In this document: positions 40,010 through 52,087 of the stretch, piece after piece | Position numbering within the stretch: position 1 is the first letter of the stretch | How the letters are laid out: every line of letters begins with the position of its first letter | Position numbers and translations under genes: made by a program | The notes under the pieces: generated by a model | Seen by the model: the letters and a program-made list of their open reading frames with translations, nothing else | Database searches by the model: none | Told to the model about the DNA's origin: nothing | Source of the DNA: Arcobacteraceae bacterium | GTDB lineage: Bacteria > Campylobacterota > Campylobacteria > Campylobacterales > Arcobacteraceae | Assembly (NCBI GenBank): GCA_048268245.1 | Contig: JBLWVX010000013.1 | Span: forward strand, 1 to 64,000 | Direction: 5' to 3' | Length of the DNA stretch: 64,000 nucleotides

Positions 40010-40626
40010 TATAACATCCCCCCTGTTTTCTTTTCTACTTCTTTAACCATGTTATTTAACTCTTTTACGTGTTCATTTGAGTTATCATCATGTTTAACAC
40101 CTAATTCAGCTAAAACCATTTCCGCTTCACTTTCTGGCACAACTTTGTCATGTGGAGTTTTGATAATATGTACAATTTTCTCTGCAACTCTATATGCACC
40201 AAATGCAAATGAAACTGGTATTACTAAATACACAATCCACATAGGCATATCCCATAAATCAATAGATCTTTCATCAATATCTGCAACTAATAGTAGATAT
40301 TCATATCCATAGTAAGAAACTGCAACTAAAAAGAAAAATGTTATTATATGTGATATTAATAACATTGGTTTTGCAATTTTTGTAGGAACAATATCTAATA
40401 CTACTGTAACAGCAATATGTGCATCTTTTTTGAAGCAATACGCAGCTGCAAAAAATATACTCCATAAAAATAAAAAGATCGTAAGCTCTGTTGCCCATAC
40501 TAATGATGCGTCAAATACATATCTTGCAACAACATTAGTAAAAGCAATAGCAACACCGGCTGTTATACCGAATGCTGCTATTGTTTGATTTATAAAGCCT
40601 ATAATTTTACTTATAAAACTAAACAT
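40009..40626 (-). CDS. dctQ: TRAP transporter small permease
   Basis: NVVARYVF...WATEL...HIAV; four TM helices. Confidence 0.88.
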   Translation of the reverse strand: MFSFISKIIGFINQTIAAFGITAGVAIAFTNVVARYVFDASLVWATELTIFLFLWSIFFAAAYCFKKDAHIAVTVVLDIVPTKIAKPMLLISHIITFFFLVAVSYYGYEYLLLVADIDERSIDLWDMPMWIVYLVIPVSFAFGAYRVAEKIVHIIKTPHDKVVPESEAEMVLAELGVKHDDNSNEHVKELNNMVKEVEKKTGGML

Positions 40627-40632
40627 AATCTA

Positions 40633-41628
40633 CTACTTTGTAGCGATAGTTTTTTTGATTAAATCTTCACCTATAGTTCTATCAGAGTAGAATTCTGGAT
40701 AAATTTTACTAACTTTAGTTCTCCAAGCTTCTCTTTGCTCAGGAGTTAAAGTGTGAATTTTTAATTTTCCAGTAGTTTTAGCATACTCTTTGATTTTTTC
40801 TAATTGTGAATCATTTAATTCTTGTGCGTATTGTCTTTCTTTTTCAGTTGCTTCTTTCATAGCTTGTTTTACATTTGCTTGTAAATCTGATGGTAATGAA
40901 TTCCAGAATCTTTTTGACATTACAACTAAATAACCTAAGTAACCGTGGTTAGAAATAGTTAAATCAGTTTGTACTTCATGGAACTTCTTAGTGTAGATAT
41001 TAGAAATTGTATTTTCTTGACCATCAATAACACCTTGTTGTAATCCTGAGTAAACTTCAGAGAATGGCATCATTTGAGGGTTTGCATCTACTGCGTGAAA
41101 TTGAGCTTCTAATACTTTAGAAGACATAATTCTAAACTTTTGACCTTTTGCATCTTCTGGGTTAATTAAAGCTTTTGTAGAAGATGATAATTGTTTAAAT
41201 CCATTATCCCAGAAATCTAATGCAACAATACCTTTTGCAGTTACTTTATCTTTTAAAGCTTGTCCTACTTCACCATCTTGAACTCTATGTAAGTGATCAA
41301 TATCTTTGAAAAGGAATGGTAAATCAAATAGTGCTAAGTTTGGAACAATCTTACCAAATTTAGAAAAAGAAGGTGCTGCCATTTGAACAGAGTTTAATCT
41401 TAATGCTTTTAATACGGCATTATCTTTATATAATTGAGATGATGGATAAACTTGAACATCAATTTTTCCACCAGATAATTCTTCTAATCTCTTTTCAAAG
41501 AAATCTGCTGCTTTACCCTTTGGTGTATTTGGGCTAACTACGTGTGAGAACTTTAAAGTATACTCAGCTGCTAATCCTGAAGTTGCAACCATTGCTGCTG
41601 CAATAGTTCCTAGTACTAATTTTTTCAT
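40633..41628 (-). CDS. dctP: TRAP C4-dicarboxylate-binding protein
   Basis: FSHVV..TPKG, WDNGFKQ, KFRIM, PFSEVY. Confidence 0.92.
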   Translation of the reverse strand: MKKLVLGTIAAAMVATSGLAAEYTLKFSHVVSPNTPKGKAADFFEKRLEELSGGKIDVQVYPSSQLYKDNAVLKALRLNSVQMAAPSFSKFGKIVPNLALFDLPFLFKDIDHLHRVQDGEVGQALKDKVTAKGIVALDFWDNGFKQLSSSTKALINPEDAKGQKFRIMSSKVLEAQFHAVDANPQMMPFSEVYSGLQQGVIDGQENTISNIYTKKFHEVQTDLTISNHGYLGYLVVMSKRFWNSLPSDLQANVKQAMKEATEKERQYAQELNDSQLEKIKEYAKTTGKLKIHTLTPEQREAWRTKVSKIYPEFYSDRTIGEDLIKKTIATK

Positions 41629-41990
41629 ATCATTTCTCCTTAATTAATTTGATATAAGAAAATTATAGTAAAAAGTTATGTCACAATTATGTACAATTGT
41701 GTAAATTTGAAAACTTATTGTTACTTATTATATAACATTAAATTTTATCTTTGAGTTTTATATAAGTAATACAAAATGTAATACTAAAAGTAGTGTTTTA
41801 TAAATTTCATAAAAGTCACAAAATAGTTTCATAAAATTATTCTAGATACCATCGTATCATTATTCTTAAAAATGACATTATTTTTAAGTGGAAAATAAAG
41901 GCAAATATTTTTTAACCATTTTTTAAACAATATTAGAGTATTATATCCCACTTTTCTTAGGAATATAAAAGATTAAAATAAAGGAAAATG

Positions 41991-44900
41991 ATGGGTTGTA
42001 ATTTAGACTTACTAACTTCTTTTAAAGACAACTGTGGTTTTGGTCTTGTTGCAGATATGAAGAACAGACCAAGTCATAAGAATTTAGAAGATGCAATAAC
42101 TTCACTAGAAAGAATGATGCACAGAGGTGCAGTGGCAGCCGATGGTAAAACTGGAGATGGTTCAGGTTTACTTTTATCTATGCCAGATGAATTTATGAGA
42201 AAAATAGCTTCTCAAGATGGTATTGATTTACCTGAAAAATACGCAGTTGCTATGATCTTTACAAAAGACTTACAAGACATAGATACTTTTAAAGAGTTCT
42301 GTGAAACAAACGACTTAAAAGTTGTGTTAACTAGAGATGTTCCAGTTGATACTGAAGCACTAGGACAACAAGCTTTAGAGACATTACCGCATATTATTCA
42401 AGTATTTGTTACTCCAAATACTTTAATGTCATCAAAGAGATTTGATGCAATGTTATACATGACAAGAAAAGAGTGTGAGCACAAACTAATAGATAAGAAA
42501 GATTTTTATATTCCTACATTCTCATCTACGGTGATTGCGTATAAAGGGCTTGTAATGCCTACGCATATTAAAAGGTTCTATGTTGATTTAAGAGATGAAG
42601 ATTTTAAAATCTCATTCTCATTATTTCACCAAAGATTCTCGACAAATACATTACCTCAATGGAGATTAGCACAACCATTTAGAGCAATTGCACACAATGG
42701 TGAGATTAACTCAGTTGAAGCAAATAGATTTAATGTAAAAGTAAAATCAGAAAAAATTAAATCTGAAGTATTCTCTGATAAAGAGATTAAAAGACTTTTA
42801 CCTATATTACAAGAAGGTGCATCTGACTCAGCTTCTTTAGATAATATGTTTGAATTTATGTTAGCAAATGGTGTTGACTTTTTCAAAGCTGCAAGATCAC
42901 TAGTTCCTGCACCTTGGCAAAATGCACCTCATATGGACTCTGACTTAAGAGCATTCTATGAGTACACAGCTACAGCAATGGAAGCTTGGGATGGTCCAGC
43001 AGCAGTATCTTTAACAGATGGTAGACATATTGGTTGTTTAATTGATAGAAATGGATTAAGACCTTCTAAATATGTAATTACTAAAGATGACAAACTATAC
43101 ATCACTTCTGAATATGGTACATTAAAAATTGATGAAGACAATATCTTAGAAAGAGGTAGATTACAATCAGGACAAATGATTGGACTTGACCTTAAATATG
43201 GAAAGATTTTAAAAGAAGAAGATATTAATAACTACTTAAAATCATCTCAACATTACTCTAAGTGGTTAAATGATGATATGGATTATTTACAAGAGTATAT
43301 TGAAGATTCTTTCTTAAATACTTCTGATTATAAAGTAGAAGAATTAGAGAAGAAACAAAAATATTTCAATATTACTTATGAAGCAATTGATCAAATGATT
43401 GAACCAATGGCAAAAGATGGTAAAGAACCTGTAGGATCTATGGGTGATGATACTCCTTTAGCATGTTTCTCTAAAGTAAATAGAAACTTTACAGACTTCT
43501 TTAAACAAAAGTTTGCACAAGTAACAAATCCTCCTATTGATCCATATAGAGAAAAAGTTGTTATGTCTTTAGAAACTGGATTTGGTAAAGTTCAAAACAT
43601 CTTAGTTGAAAAACCAGAAGATGCAAAAAGAATTAAAGTAGCAAGTCCAGTTTTAATGAAAGAAAAATTTGATGTATTATTCTCATTTGGTGATGAAAAC
43701 TCTCCAAGATATGATGAATACTACAAAAATAAAACTTTCTCAACTACATTCAAAACTGATTTAAAGGAAGCATTACAAGCATTAGCTTCAAATGTTGTAA
43801 AATCAGTAAAAGAAGAGAATGTATCTATCGTATTTTTAGATGATAGAGATATTAATGATACTTGTAAATTAATTCCTATGGCAATGGCTGTTGGTTATGT
43901 AAATCAAGCATTATTAAAAGAAAAAGTTAGACATTGTGTTTCAATTGTTCCTGTAACTGGGGAAGTTTATGACCCACATATGGCTGCTGTATTATTAGGT
44001 TTCGGTGCAACTGCTATGTATCCATACATGATGTATGCAACAACTGTAGCCTTATTTGAAAGACAAGAAATTTCTAAATATGAAATGCAAAGTCTACTTA
44101 AAAATACTCAAAAAGCAATTAATGCAGGACTATTAAAAATTATGTCTAAAATGGGTATTTCTACTGTAGCTTCATATAGAAACTCATCATTATTTGATGC
44201 TATTGGATTATCTGATGAAATCGTAACTGACTGTTTCCCTGATGCTTACTCTGAGTTAGCTGGACTTGGTTATGAAGATATTGAAGAGAGAATTGAAAGA
44301 TCTCACTTAAATGCATTCCATGATGATAATCATATGTTCCCTCTTGACTTAGGTGGTTTCTACAAGTATATCAATGGTGGTGAATACCATGATTATGGTC
44401 CAGCTACTACAAGAGCAATGCATAATAAATCTGCTACAACAAAAGAAGAAATTACTGATTTTGATGGACTTAAAAAGCTAGTACAAAACAGAGATAAGAA
44501 ATTTATTAGAGATTTCTTAGAATTTAATTCTGATAGAAAACCAATTTCTATTGATGAAGTTGAGTCAAAAGAAGAAATTTTCAAAAGATTTGCATCTGCT
44601 GCAATGTCTTGTGGTTCTATTTCACCAGAAGCACATGAAGCATTAGCCCAAGCAATGAATACAATTGGTGGTTCTTCAAACTCAGGTGAGGGAGGTGAAG
44701 ATCCAGCAAGATTTAATACGCTTAAAAACTCTAAAATTAAACAAATTGCATCAGGTAGATTTGGTGTAACTCCTGGATATTTAAGAAGTGCAGAAGAGTT
44801 ACAAATTAAAGTTGCTCAAGGTGCTAAACCAGGTGAAGGTGGTCAGTTACCAGGTCATAAAGTAACTCCATTAATTGCAACACTTAGACATACAGTTCCA

Positions 44901-46427
44901 GGTGTTACATTAATTTCACCTCCACCACATCATGATATTTATTCAATTGAGGATTTAGCTCAGTTAATTTTTGACTTAAAACAAATTAACCCATTAGCTA
45001 AAATCACAGTTAAATTAGTATCTTCTGTTGGTGTTGGAACAATTGCAGCTGGTGTTGCAAAAGCGTATGCTGATAAGATTATTATCTCAGGTGGAGATGG
45101 TGGTACTGGTGCTGCTCCATTAACATCAATTAAGCATGCTGGTAACTCATGGGAAATGGGACTTTCAGAAGCTCATAACGCATTAAAAGCAAATAACTTA
45201 AGAACTTCTGTTCATGTACAAACTGATGGTGGTTTAAAAACTGGTCTTGATGTTGTTAAAGCTGCTTTATTAGGTGCTGAATCTTATGCTTTTGGTACTG
45301 CTGCATTAACACTTCTTGGATGTAAAATTTTAAGAATTTGTCATACAAATAAGTGTTCTGTTGGTGTTGCTACTCAAGATGAAGATTTAAGAGGACACTT
45401 TACAGGTACAGTTGAAAGACTTATTTCTTACTTTACATTTATTGCAGAAGAAGTTAGAGAAATTCTTGCTGAACTTGGATATAAAACAATGGAAGAGATT
45501 GTTGGTAGAGCTGATTTATTAAAAGTAATTGATGATGAATTCGCACAAAAATTTGACTTCCAAAATATTTTAAGAAGAATTGATGGTGTTGATACTTGTC
45601 AAAAAGAATCAAATGAACCATTTGATGATAATAAATATGAAAAAGAGTTATTAAAGAAAGTTCACAGAACAATTGAAAACCCAAATACTCCTGTAAAAGT
45701 TAATACTGAAATTTCTAACTTAAACAGATCATTTGGTGCTTTAATCTCTGGTGAGATTGCTAGATATTACGGAGACAAAGGTTTACCTGAAAACTCTATT
45801 AATATTAATTTAGAAGGTATTGCAGGTCAATCATTTGGTGCTTTCCTTTCAACAGGTATGAACTTAATATTAACTGGTGCAGCTAATGATTACGTTGGTA
45901 AAGGAATGAATGGTGGTAAAATTATCATCAACCCTCCACATCAAGGTCAAGAATTTGCAGGTGCTGGTAATACATGTCTTTATGGTGCAACTGGTGGTAA
46001 ACTATATGTTAGAGCCGCTGTAGGAGAGCGATTTGGTGTTAGAAACTCAGGATGTGTAGCTGTAGTTGAAGGTACTGGTGATAATGCTTGTGAATATATG
46101 ACAGGTGGTATTGTTGTAATTCTTGGGAATACTGGTATTAACTTTGGTGCTGGTATGACAGGTGGTTTATCATTTGTTTATGACCCAGAAAAAACTTTTG
46201 TAGATAAAATGAACCAAGAGTTAATTGAAGCTGTTAGAATTGATACAGATGATACAGAAAGAGAAAGATTATACTTAAAAAGATTACTTTTAGATTATGT
46301 ACATGAGACTGAAAGTGAAGCTGCAGAGAAAATCTTAGGAAACTTTAGAGCAGAAATTAGAAACTTCTGGATGGTAAAACCTAAAAATATGACAGTATTA
46401 CCATTAGATCCGGACAAGGGAGATTAA
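41991..46427 (+). CDS. gltB: Glutamate synthase large subunit
   Basis: N-terminal CGFG, HQRFSTNT, QGAKPGEGGQLPG, GXGXG repeats; second ATG fits RBS spacing. Confidence 0.96.
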   Translation: MGCNLDLLTSFKDNCGFGLVADMKNRPSHKNLEDAITSLERMMHRGAVAADGKTGDGSGLLLSMPDEFMRKIASQDGIDLPEKYAVAMIFTKDLQDIDTFKEFCETNDLKVVLTRDVPVDTEALGQQALETLPHIIQVFVTPNTLMSSKRFDAMLYMTRKECEHKLIDKKDFYIPTFSSTVIAYKGLVMPTHIKRFYVDLRDEDFKISFSLFHQRFSTNTLPQWRLAQPFRAIAHNGEINSVEANRFNVKVKSEKIKSEVFSDKEIKRLLPILQEGASDSASLDNMFEFMLANGVDFFKAARSLVPAPWQNAPHMDSDLRAFYEYTATAMEAWDGPAAVSLTDGRHIGCLIDRNGLRPSKYVITKDDKLYITSEYGTLKIDEDNILERGRLQSGQMIGLDLKYGKILKEEDINNYLKSSQHYSKWLNDDMDYLQEYIEDSFLNTSDYKVEELEKKQKYFNITYEAIDQMIEPMAKDGKEPVGSMGDDTPLACFSKVNRNFTDFFKQKFAQVTNPPIDPYREKVVMSLETGFGKVQNILVEKPEDAKRIKVASPVLMKEKFDVLFSFGDENSPRYDEYYKNKTFSTTFKTDLKEALQALASNVVKSVKEENVSIVFLDDRDINDTCKLIPMAMAVGYVNQALLKEKVRHCVSIVPVTGEVYDPHMAAVLLGFGATAMYPYMMYATTVALFERQEISKYEMQSLLKNTQKAINAGLLKIMSKMGISTVASYRNSSLFDAIGLSDEIVTDCFPDAYSELAGLGYEDIEERIERSHLNAFHDDNHMFPLDLGGFYKYINGGEYHDYGPATTRAMHNKSATTKEEITDFDGLKKLVQNRDKKFIRDFLEFNSDRKPISIDEVESKEEIFKRFASAAMSCGSISPEAHEALAQAMNTIGGSSNSGEGGEDPARFNTLKNSKIKQIASGRFGVTPGYLRSAEELQIKVAQGAKPGEGGQLPGHKVTPLIATLRHTVPGVTLISPPPHHDIYSIEDLAQLIFDLKQINPLAKITVKLVSSVGVGTIAAGVAKAYADKIIISGGDGGTGAAPLTSIKHAGNSWEMGLSEAHNALKANNLRTSVHVQTDGGLKTGLDVVKAALLGAESYAFGTAALTLLGCKILRICHTNKCSVGVATQDEDLRGHFTGTVERLISYFTFIAEEVREILAELGYKTMEEIVGRADLLKVIDDEFAQKFDFQNILRRIDGVDTCQKESNEPFDDNKYEKELLKKVHRTIENPNTPVKVNTEISNLNRSFGALISGEIARYYGDKGLPENSININLEGIAGQSFGAFLSTGMNLILTGAANDYVGKGMNGGKIIINPPHQGQEFAGAGNTCLYGATGGKLYVRAAVGERFGVRNSGCVAVVEGTGDNACEYMTGGIVVILGNTGINFGAGMTGGLSFVYDPEKTFVDKMNQELIEAVRIDTDDTERERLYLKRLLLDYVHETESEAAEKILGNFRAEIRNFWMVKPKNMTVLPLDPDKGD

Positions 46428-46431
46428 TAAA

Positions 46432-47805
46432 ATGTTAAACTTTACAAAATTTGAAAGAATTAACCCTGAAAAAAGAGATGTACTTCAAAGATTAAAAGAT
46501 TTTAATGAAATCTATGAAGTATTTGGAAAACAAAGAGCAAAAGAGCAAGCTGATAGATGTATGCAGTGTGGAGATCCATACTGTCATACAGGGTGTCCGT
46601 TAGGAAACTTTATTCCTGCATGGTTAAAACAAACAGCAACAAAAAATCCTGATTTAGCATTTGCTTTATCAAACGAAACATCTCCTTTCCCAGAGATTTT
46701 AGGAAGAATCTGTCCTCAAGATGTACTTTGTGAAGGTGCTTGTTCCTTAAATACAGGACATGGTGCTATTTCAATAGGTGCAATTGAAACACATATTTCT
46801 GAAACTGCTTTTGCAAATGGATTAAAGCCTAAATTTACTGACAAAAAAGTAGATAAAAAAGTAGCTGTAGTTGGTTCTGGACCTTCTGGTATTTCTGCTG
46901 CAACATTCCTTTTAAGAAAAGGTTATGATGTTGAAATGTTTGAAAGAGAAGATAGAGCTGGTGGGTTATTAATGTATGGAATCCCTGGATTCAAACTTGA
47001 TAAAACAACAGTTGATAGAAGAATGAATTGGCTAATTGATGCTGGAATGAAACTTCATTTAAATTGTGAAGTTGGGAAAGATATTTCTGTAAAAGATTTA
47101 GAAGAAAACTTTGATGCAATTTATCTTGGTACTGGTGCAAAAGATGGTAGATATACTGGTATGGAAGGTGAAAAAGAAGCTTCAAATGTACATTTAGCAA
47201 TGGACTTTTTAACAGGAATCCAAAAAAGAAACTTAGGAAGTAAAGTTGATTTTATTGATGTAAAAGACAAAAATGTAGTTGTAATTGGTGGTGGTGATAC
47301 TGCTATGGACTGTGTTAGAACATCAGTAAGAGAAAAAGCTAAATCTGTAAAATGTCTTTATAGAAGAGATGAAGTTAATATGCCTGGTTCTAAAAAAGAA
47401 GTTGTAAATGCTAAAGAAGAGGGTGTTGAATATGTATTTAATGTAAGCCCTAAATCTTTAAAAATTGATGGTGATAAAGTAACTGCTGTTGAGTTATTAA
47501 CTACTTCTATGTCTGATCCTGATGAATCAGGAAGACAAAGAGTTGTTATCAATGAAGGAACAGAGTATTTTGAAGAAGCTGATGTAGTTATTCTTGCATT
47601 AGGATTCTCTCCTGAAAAACCACAATTCTTAAAAGAGTTAAATGTTGAAACTAACTCATGGGGTGGAATAGAGACTACTAACTATCAAACTTCAAATGAA
47701 AAAGTATATGCAGGTGGGGATTGTCAAAGAGGTGCTCACCTTGCTGTTACAGCTGCACTTGATGGAAGAGAAGCAGCAAAAGCTATCGTAGAAAAACTTT
47801 CATAA
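46432..47805 (+). CDS. gltD: Glutamate synthase small subunit
   Basis: RCMQCGDPYC, GSGPSG, GGGDTAMDC. Confidence 0.95.
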   Translation: MLNFTKFERINPEKRDVLQRLKDFNEIYEVFGKQRAKEQADRCMQCGDPYCHTGCPLGNFIPAWLKQTATKNPDLAFALSNETSPFPEILGRICPQDVLCEGACSLNTGHGAISIGAIETHISETAFANGLKPKFTDKKVDKKVAVVGSGPSGISAATFLLRKGYDVEMFEREDRAGGLLMYGIPGFKLDKTTVDRRMNWLIDAGMKLHLNCEVGKDISVKDLEENFDAIYLGTGAKDGRYTGMEGEKEASNVHLAMDFLTGIQKRNLGSKVDFIDVKDKNVVVIGGGDTAMDCVRTSVREKAKSVKCLYRRDEVNMPGSKKEVVNAKEEGVEYVFNVSPKSLKIDGDKVTAVELLTTSMSDPDESGRQRVVINEGTEYFEEADVVILALGFSPEKPQFLKELNVETNSWGGIETTNYQTSNEKVYAGGDCQRGAHLAVTAALDGREAAKAIVEKLS

Positions 47806-48560
47806 TGAACAAAACTATTACAGAAGATTATAAAGAAAACTTTATAAACTCTGTAATAGAAGCTAATAAAGAACTATATAAATATATACATTACAACTTA
47901 CAAAAAGAAGACTTAGAATACTCAAATACAATAGGTTATGGAGGAGATAACTCCTTAAAGATTGATTTATATGCAGAAGAAATTTTTATTAAATATCTAA
48001 AAGATTTTGGAAATATATATTCCGAAGAGTGTGGTTTTTTAGACTTTAATAAAGATTTTACAATTATTATTGATCCTATAGATGGAAGTGATAACTTTTA
48101 TGCCAATTTAGAATACTATGGAAGCTCTGTAGCTTTAAAATATAAAGATGAAATATGTGCTGGCTTTGTATGTAATTTAGCAACAGGAAATTTTATATAT
48201 AGAGCTTTTGATTTTCCTTTAAAAGAGTTAAATATTGCAGGTAAAAAAATACTAAAAAGAGCAAGATTTAATAAATTTGGTATTTTTGAACGTGCATATA
48301 AATACCCTAAAATTTCACAAAAATTACAAGAAAGTAATATTAAATTTAGGTCATTGGGGGCTGCTGCTGTTTCTTTATCATTTGCAAAAAATTATGATTT
48401 TGTTTTATTTGTTGGTGAAGTTAGAGAGTTTGATATTGCAGCTTCTTTGTATATTTGTAACGAACAAAACATTTACAAAAGTAAAGATTTTTTGCTTATA
48501 TCTAAAAATAAACAAAAAGTTGAGCTGATTAAAGAAATTATAAAGAATAATAGGTTATAA
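47805..48560 (+). CDS. Inositol monophosphatase / FBPase-family protein
   Basis: SEE, IIDPIDGS, FDIAA. Confidence 0.8.
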   Translation: MNKTITEDYKENFINSVIEANKELYKYIHYNLQKEDLEYSNTIGYGGDNSLKIDLYAEEIFIKYLKDFGNIYSEECGFLDFNKDFTIIIDPIDGSDNFYANLEYYGSSVALKYKDEICAGFVCNLATGNFIYRAFDFPLKELNIAGKKILKRARFNKFGIFERAYKYPKISQKLQESNIKFRSLGAAAVSLSFAKNYDFVLFVGEVREFDIAASLYICNEQNIYKSKDFLLISKNKQKVELIKEIIKNNRL

Positions 48561-48571
48561 CTCCAAGATAA

Positions 48572-48852
<281 letters not shown>

Positions 48853-48853
<1 letters not shown>

Positions 48854-50322
48854 TGGCAAAGATTACAACTATTATAGATATTGGGTCTAACTCAATGCGT
48901 ATGGTTGTATTGGAAAAAAGCAGTAGATTTGCTTTTAACCTAATCAATGAAACTAAAAGTAGAGTTAAAATTTCTGAGGGTTGTTACGAAAATGGTGGCA
49001 ATCTTCAAGAAATTCCTATGCAAAGAGCTTACGAGTCTCTAAAATCTTTTTTAAATATATCTAATTCATTAAAATCACGGAAAGTTATATGTGTTGCTAC
49101 TTCAGCATTAAGAGATGCTCCTAATGCTAAAACTTTTTTATCAAGAATAAAAAATGATTTTGGTTTGAGTATAAAAGTTATTGATGGTGAAAAAGAGGCC
49201 TTTTACGGAGGTGTTGCAGCATCAAATTTAATACACGATGACGATTTTGTAACTGTTGATATTGGTGGAGGCTCTACTGAGTTTTCATTTGTACGAAATG
49301 GAGTGATTTTAAAATCAATTTCATTAAACATTGGAACAGTTAGGATGAAAGAATTGTACTTTAATAAAAATGATATTAAAGGTGCAAAAAAATATATCTT
49401 AGATAATTTAAAAGAGCTTTTTGAATTAAATATGCATATTCCAAGTGTAGTTGTTGGTATTGGTGGAAGTATTAGAGCATTATCAAAAATCATAATGCAA
49501 AAAAATGAATACCCTCTTGATATATTACATGGTTACAAATACAATGTAGAAAATGAACTTAATCATTTAGATTTAATTGTAAATGCAAAAACAAATAAAG
49601 ATCTTAAAAACCTAGGTGTTAAAAAAGATAGACTTGATACTATAAAAGAAGGAACTTTTATATTTAAAACTATTTTAGAACAGCTAAGTATCAAAAAAGT
49701 AATTACTTCTGGTGCTGGTGTTAGAGAAGGTGTTTATCTTTGCGATTTATTAAGATCTAATAACAATAAATTTCCAGCAAACTATAATGTAAGTGTGAGA
49801 AGTTTACTAGATAGATTTCAAATAGATCAAAGACAAAGTGCTTATTTTGGTTCAAATGCAGGTAAAATATATGATGCTTTAAAACCATTACATGAACTTG
49901 ATGATAAATTTAGACAACTTCTAATAATTGCTTCTAAGCTTCATACAATTGGTAGTTCTTTAAACTTCTATAAATCAAATGATAATGCATTTGATTTTAT
50001 ACTAAATGGTTTGAATTATGATTTTCAACATAGTTCAAGAGTTATAATTGCTCATACTATTAAGTACTCTAAAAAGTCACTACCAAGTAAAAGTGATTTA
50101 GAAACCTTTAAAGAGTTACTACCTAAAACTTCCGATATGAAATGGATGTCATTTATGATTGCTTTAAATCTTGCTGTTAATGAAGATTTATCAAGGCCAA
50201 ATGTAGAGTATATATTAGATGGTGAAACTTTAAAAATTAAATTAGAAAACAAATCATTTATGATTGCTTCAAATATTGATAAATTAGAGTTACCAAAGAG
50301 TTTAAAATTAGAGTTATTGTAA
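48853..50322 (+). CDS. ppx: Ppx/GppA phosphatase
   Basis: IDIGSNS, ATSALRDA, DIGGGSTE, GVREG. Confidence 0.9.
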
Positions 50323-51231
50323 ATGAAGAAGTTTGTTTATCAGATATTTCTTTTCTTAGTATTTTTACTAAGAAAAAGTCCAAAAGTATTAAGAAGAGGT
50401 TTTTTTAAACTAATTGCTAAAGGTGCATATTTATTTGCTTCTAATACTAACAAAATTATAAAATCAAATGTTGACTTAGTATTTGATGGTAAAGTTAAAG
50501 AAGAAGAGTTAAAAGAAATTCAAAAATACTCTTACTTTAATATGGTTTTATGGGTTCAATCATTAATTGAAAACCTTGATGTAAGTGATGAAGAACTTAA
50601 AAAAACTGTAAAAATTGAAAATGAAGAAATACTTACAAAATTAAAAGAAGAAAAAAAACCTATTATTTTAATATCAGCTCACTATGGAAATATGGAAATG
50701 CTTAGCTGTTATTTAAATAAGTTCGTAACACCTATTCATCAAGTAGCTAGACAATCAAACTTTAAAGAAATGGATGAGTTTATAGTAAATGCTAGAGAAA
50801 AATCTGGTGCAAGGATTATATTTAGATCAGGTGCTGTTAAAAAACTAGTGAAAGCTTTGATGAAAAAAGAAGTTGTATCTTTGATAATTGATCAGAATAT
50901 AAATTCAAAAGATGGTACTGAAGTTGAGTTTTTGGGTAAGATAGCTTATCAAACGAGTACATCTGCACTTCTTGCAAGGAAGTTTAACGCTTATGTTGTT
51001 CCTGTAGCTATTTTTAATGAAGAGAACTATAATTACACAATCAAAATATATAATCCTATAGAGCCAATTAAAACAGATGATGAAGAAAAAGATTTAAAGG
51101 CCTCTTGTCAGTTGCATGCTAATGCAATATCTGATATAATACTTTCAGATAAAAAACAATGGTTCTGGCCTCATAAAAGATTTAAAAGCCACTATAGAGA
51201 GATATATGAAAAGAATTTTAATAATAAGTGA
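50323..51231 (+). CDS. lpxL: Lipid A lauroyl/late acyltransferase (LpxL/HtrB family)
   Basis: HYGNME (HxxxxE), DQ, QWFWPHKRFK. Confidence 0.85.
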   Translation: MKKFVYQIFLFLVFLLRKSPKVLRRGFFKLIAKGAYLFASNTNKIIKSNVDLVFDGKVKEEELKEIQKYSYFNMVLWVQSLIENLDVSDEELKKTVKIENEEILTKLKEEKKPIILISAHYGNMEMLSCYLNKFVTPIHQVARQSNFKEMDEFIVNAREKSGARIIFRSGAVKKLVKALMKKEVVSLIIDQNINSKDGTEVEFLGKIAYQTSTSALLARKFNAYVVPVAIFNEENYNYTIKIYNPIEPIKTDDEEKDLKASCQLHANAISDIILSDKKQWFWPHKRFKSHYREIYEKNFNNK

Positions 51232-52081
51232 TGGCAAACCAGGTCATTTAAACCAATCAATTGCCTTTTGCAAAATAAAAAATATAAGTTATGATATTGT
51301 CGAAGTAAAGTTTAAAACAAAACTACATAAGGCAATATCTTATTTTTTTGATAGAATAAACTATTATACTGATGAACTATTTGAAGATTATAGAAAATAT
51401 TATTATGAGTTTTATGATGCTGTTGTAAGTACAGGTTCAAGTACTTATTATTTTAATAAATTCATTAGTAAAACTCAAAATAAAAAATCAATAGTTTTAA
51501 TGCTTCCAAAAGGTTATAAATATGTAGATTTTGATAACATAATAGCTCAAGAACATGATAAAGCACCAAAACTTAACAATATTTTAGAAGTACCTTTAAA
51601 CTTATCATTTAGTAAACCTAAAAATATTTTACAAAAAAATGAAGAAAATAAAGCAATAGGTATAATAATAGGTGGGAATAACTCTGTTTTTACTTTAGAT
51701 ATTGATGATTTAAGAGATGAATTAAATAGAATATTTGAAGAGAATACTGATTCTTTAAAATATATAACTACAAGTGCACGAACACCTTTTGAAGTAGATG
51801 GATTGATTGATGAGTATGATTTTGATTACAAACTTATATATTCAAGAGAACCAGAGATAAACCCTGTTTATGATTTTATTAATGTTTGTGATGAATTATA
51901 TATTACTCAAGATTCAACATCAATGCTAAGTGAAGCACGAGCTAATACGGATGCAGAAATAAATATAATAAATTTAAAATCTAAAAAAGAGAATACTAAA
52001 TACCATAGACTTGTGGAAAAAGTATCTTCTATGAATAAAAAAGTAGATTTTGAAAAACTTTTAGAAAGAGTGGAAATATAA
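51206..52081 (+). CDS. ELM1-family putative glycosyltransferase
   Basis: SDGKPGHLNQS, IIGG, TTSART, T.DSTSMLSEA. Confidence 0.78.
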   Translation: MKRILIISDGKPGHLNQSIAFCKIKNISYDIVEVKFKTKLHKAISYFFDRINYYTDELFEDYRKYYYEFYDAVVSTGSSTYYFNKFISKTQNKKSIVLMLPKGYKYVDFDNIIAQEHDKAPKLNNILEVPLNLSFSKPKNILQKNEENKAIGIIIGGNNSVFTLDIDDLRDELNRIFEENTDSLKYITTSARTPFEVDGLIDEYDFDYKLIYSREPEINPVYDFINVCDELYITQDSTSMLSEARANTDAEINIINLKSKKENTKYHRLVEKVSSMNKKVDFEKLLERVEI

Positions 52082-52087
52082 AATACA

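Noticed and set aside
42656..47552. Several 60-80 aa antisense ORFs within gltBD (and similar ones inside other long genes)
   Set aside because: Shadow ORFs from codon bias; no RBS or recognisable motifs
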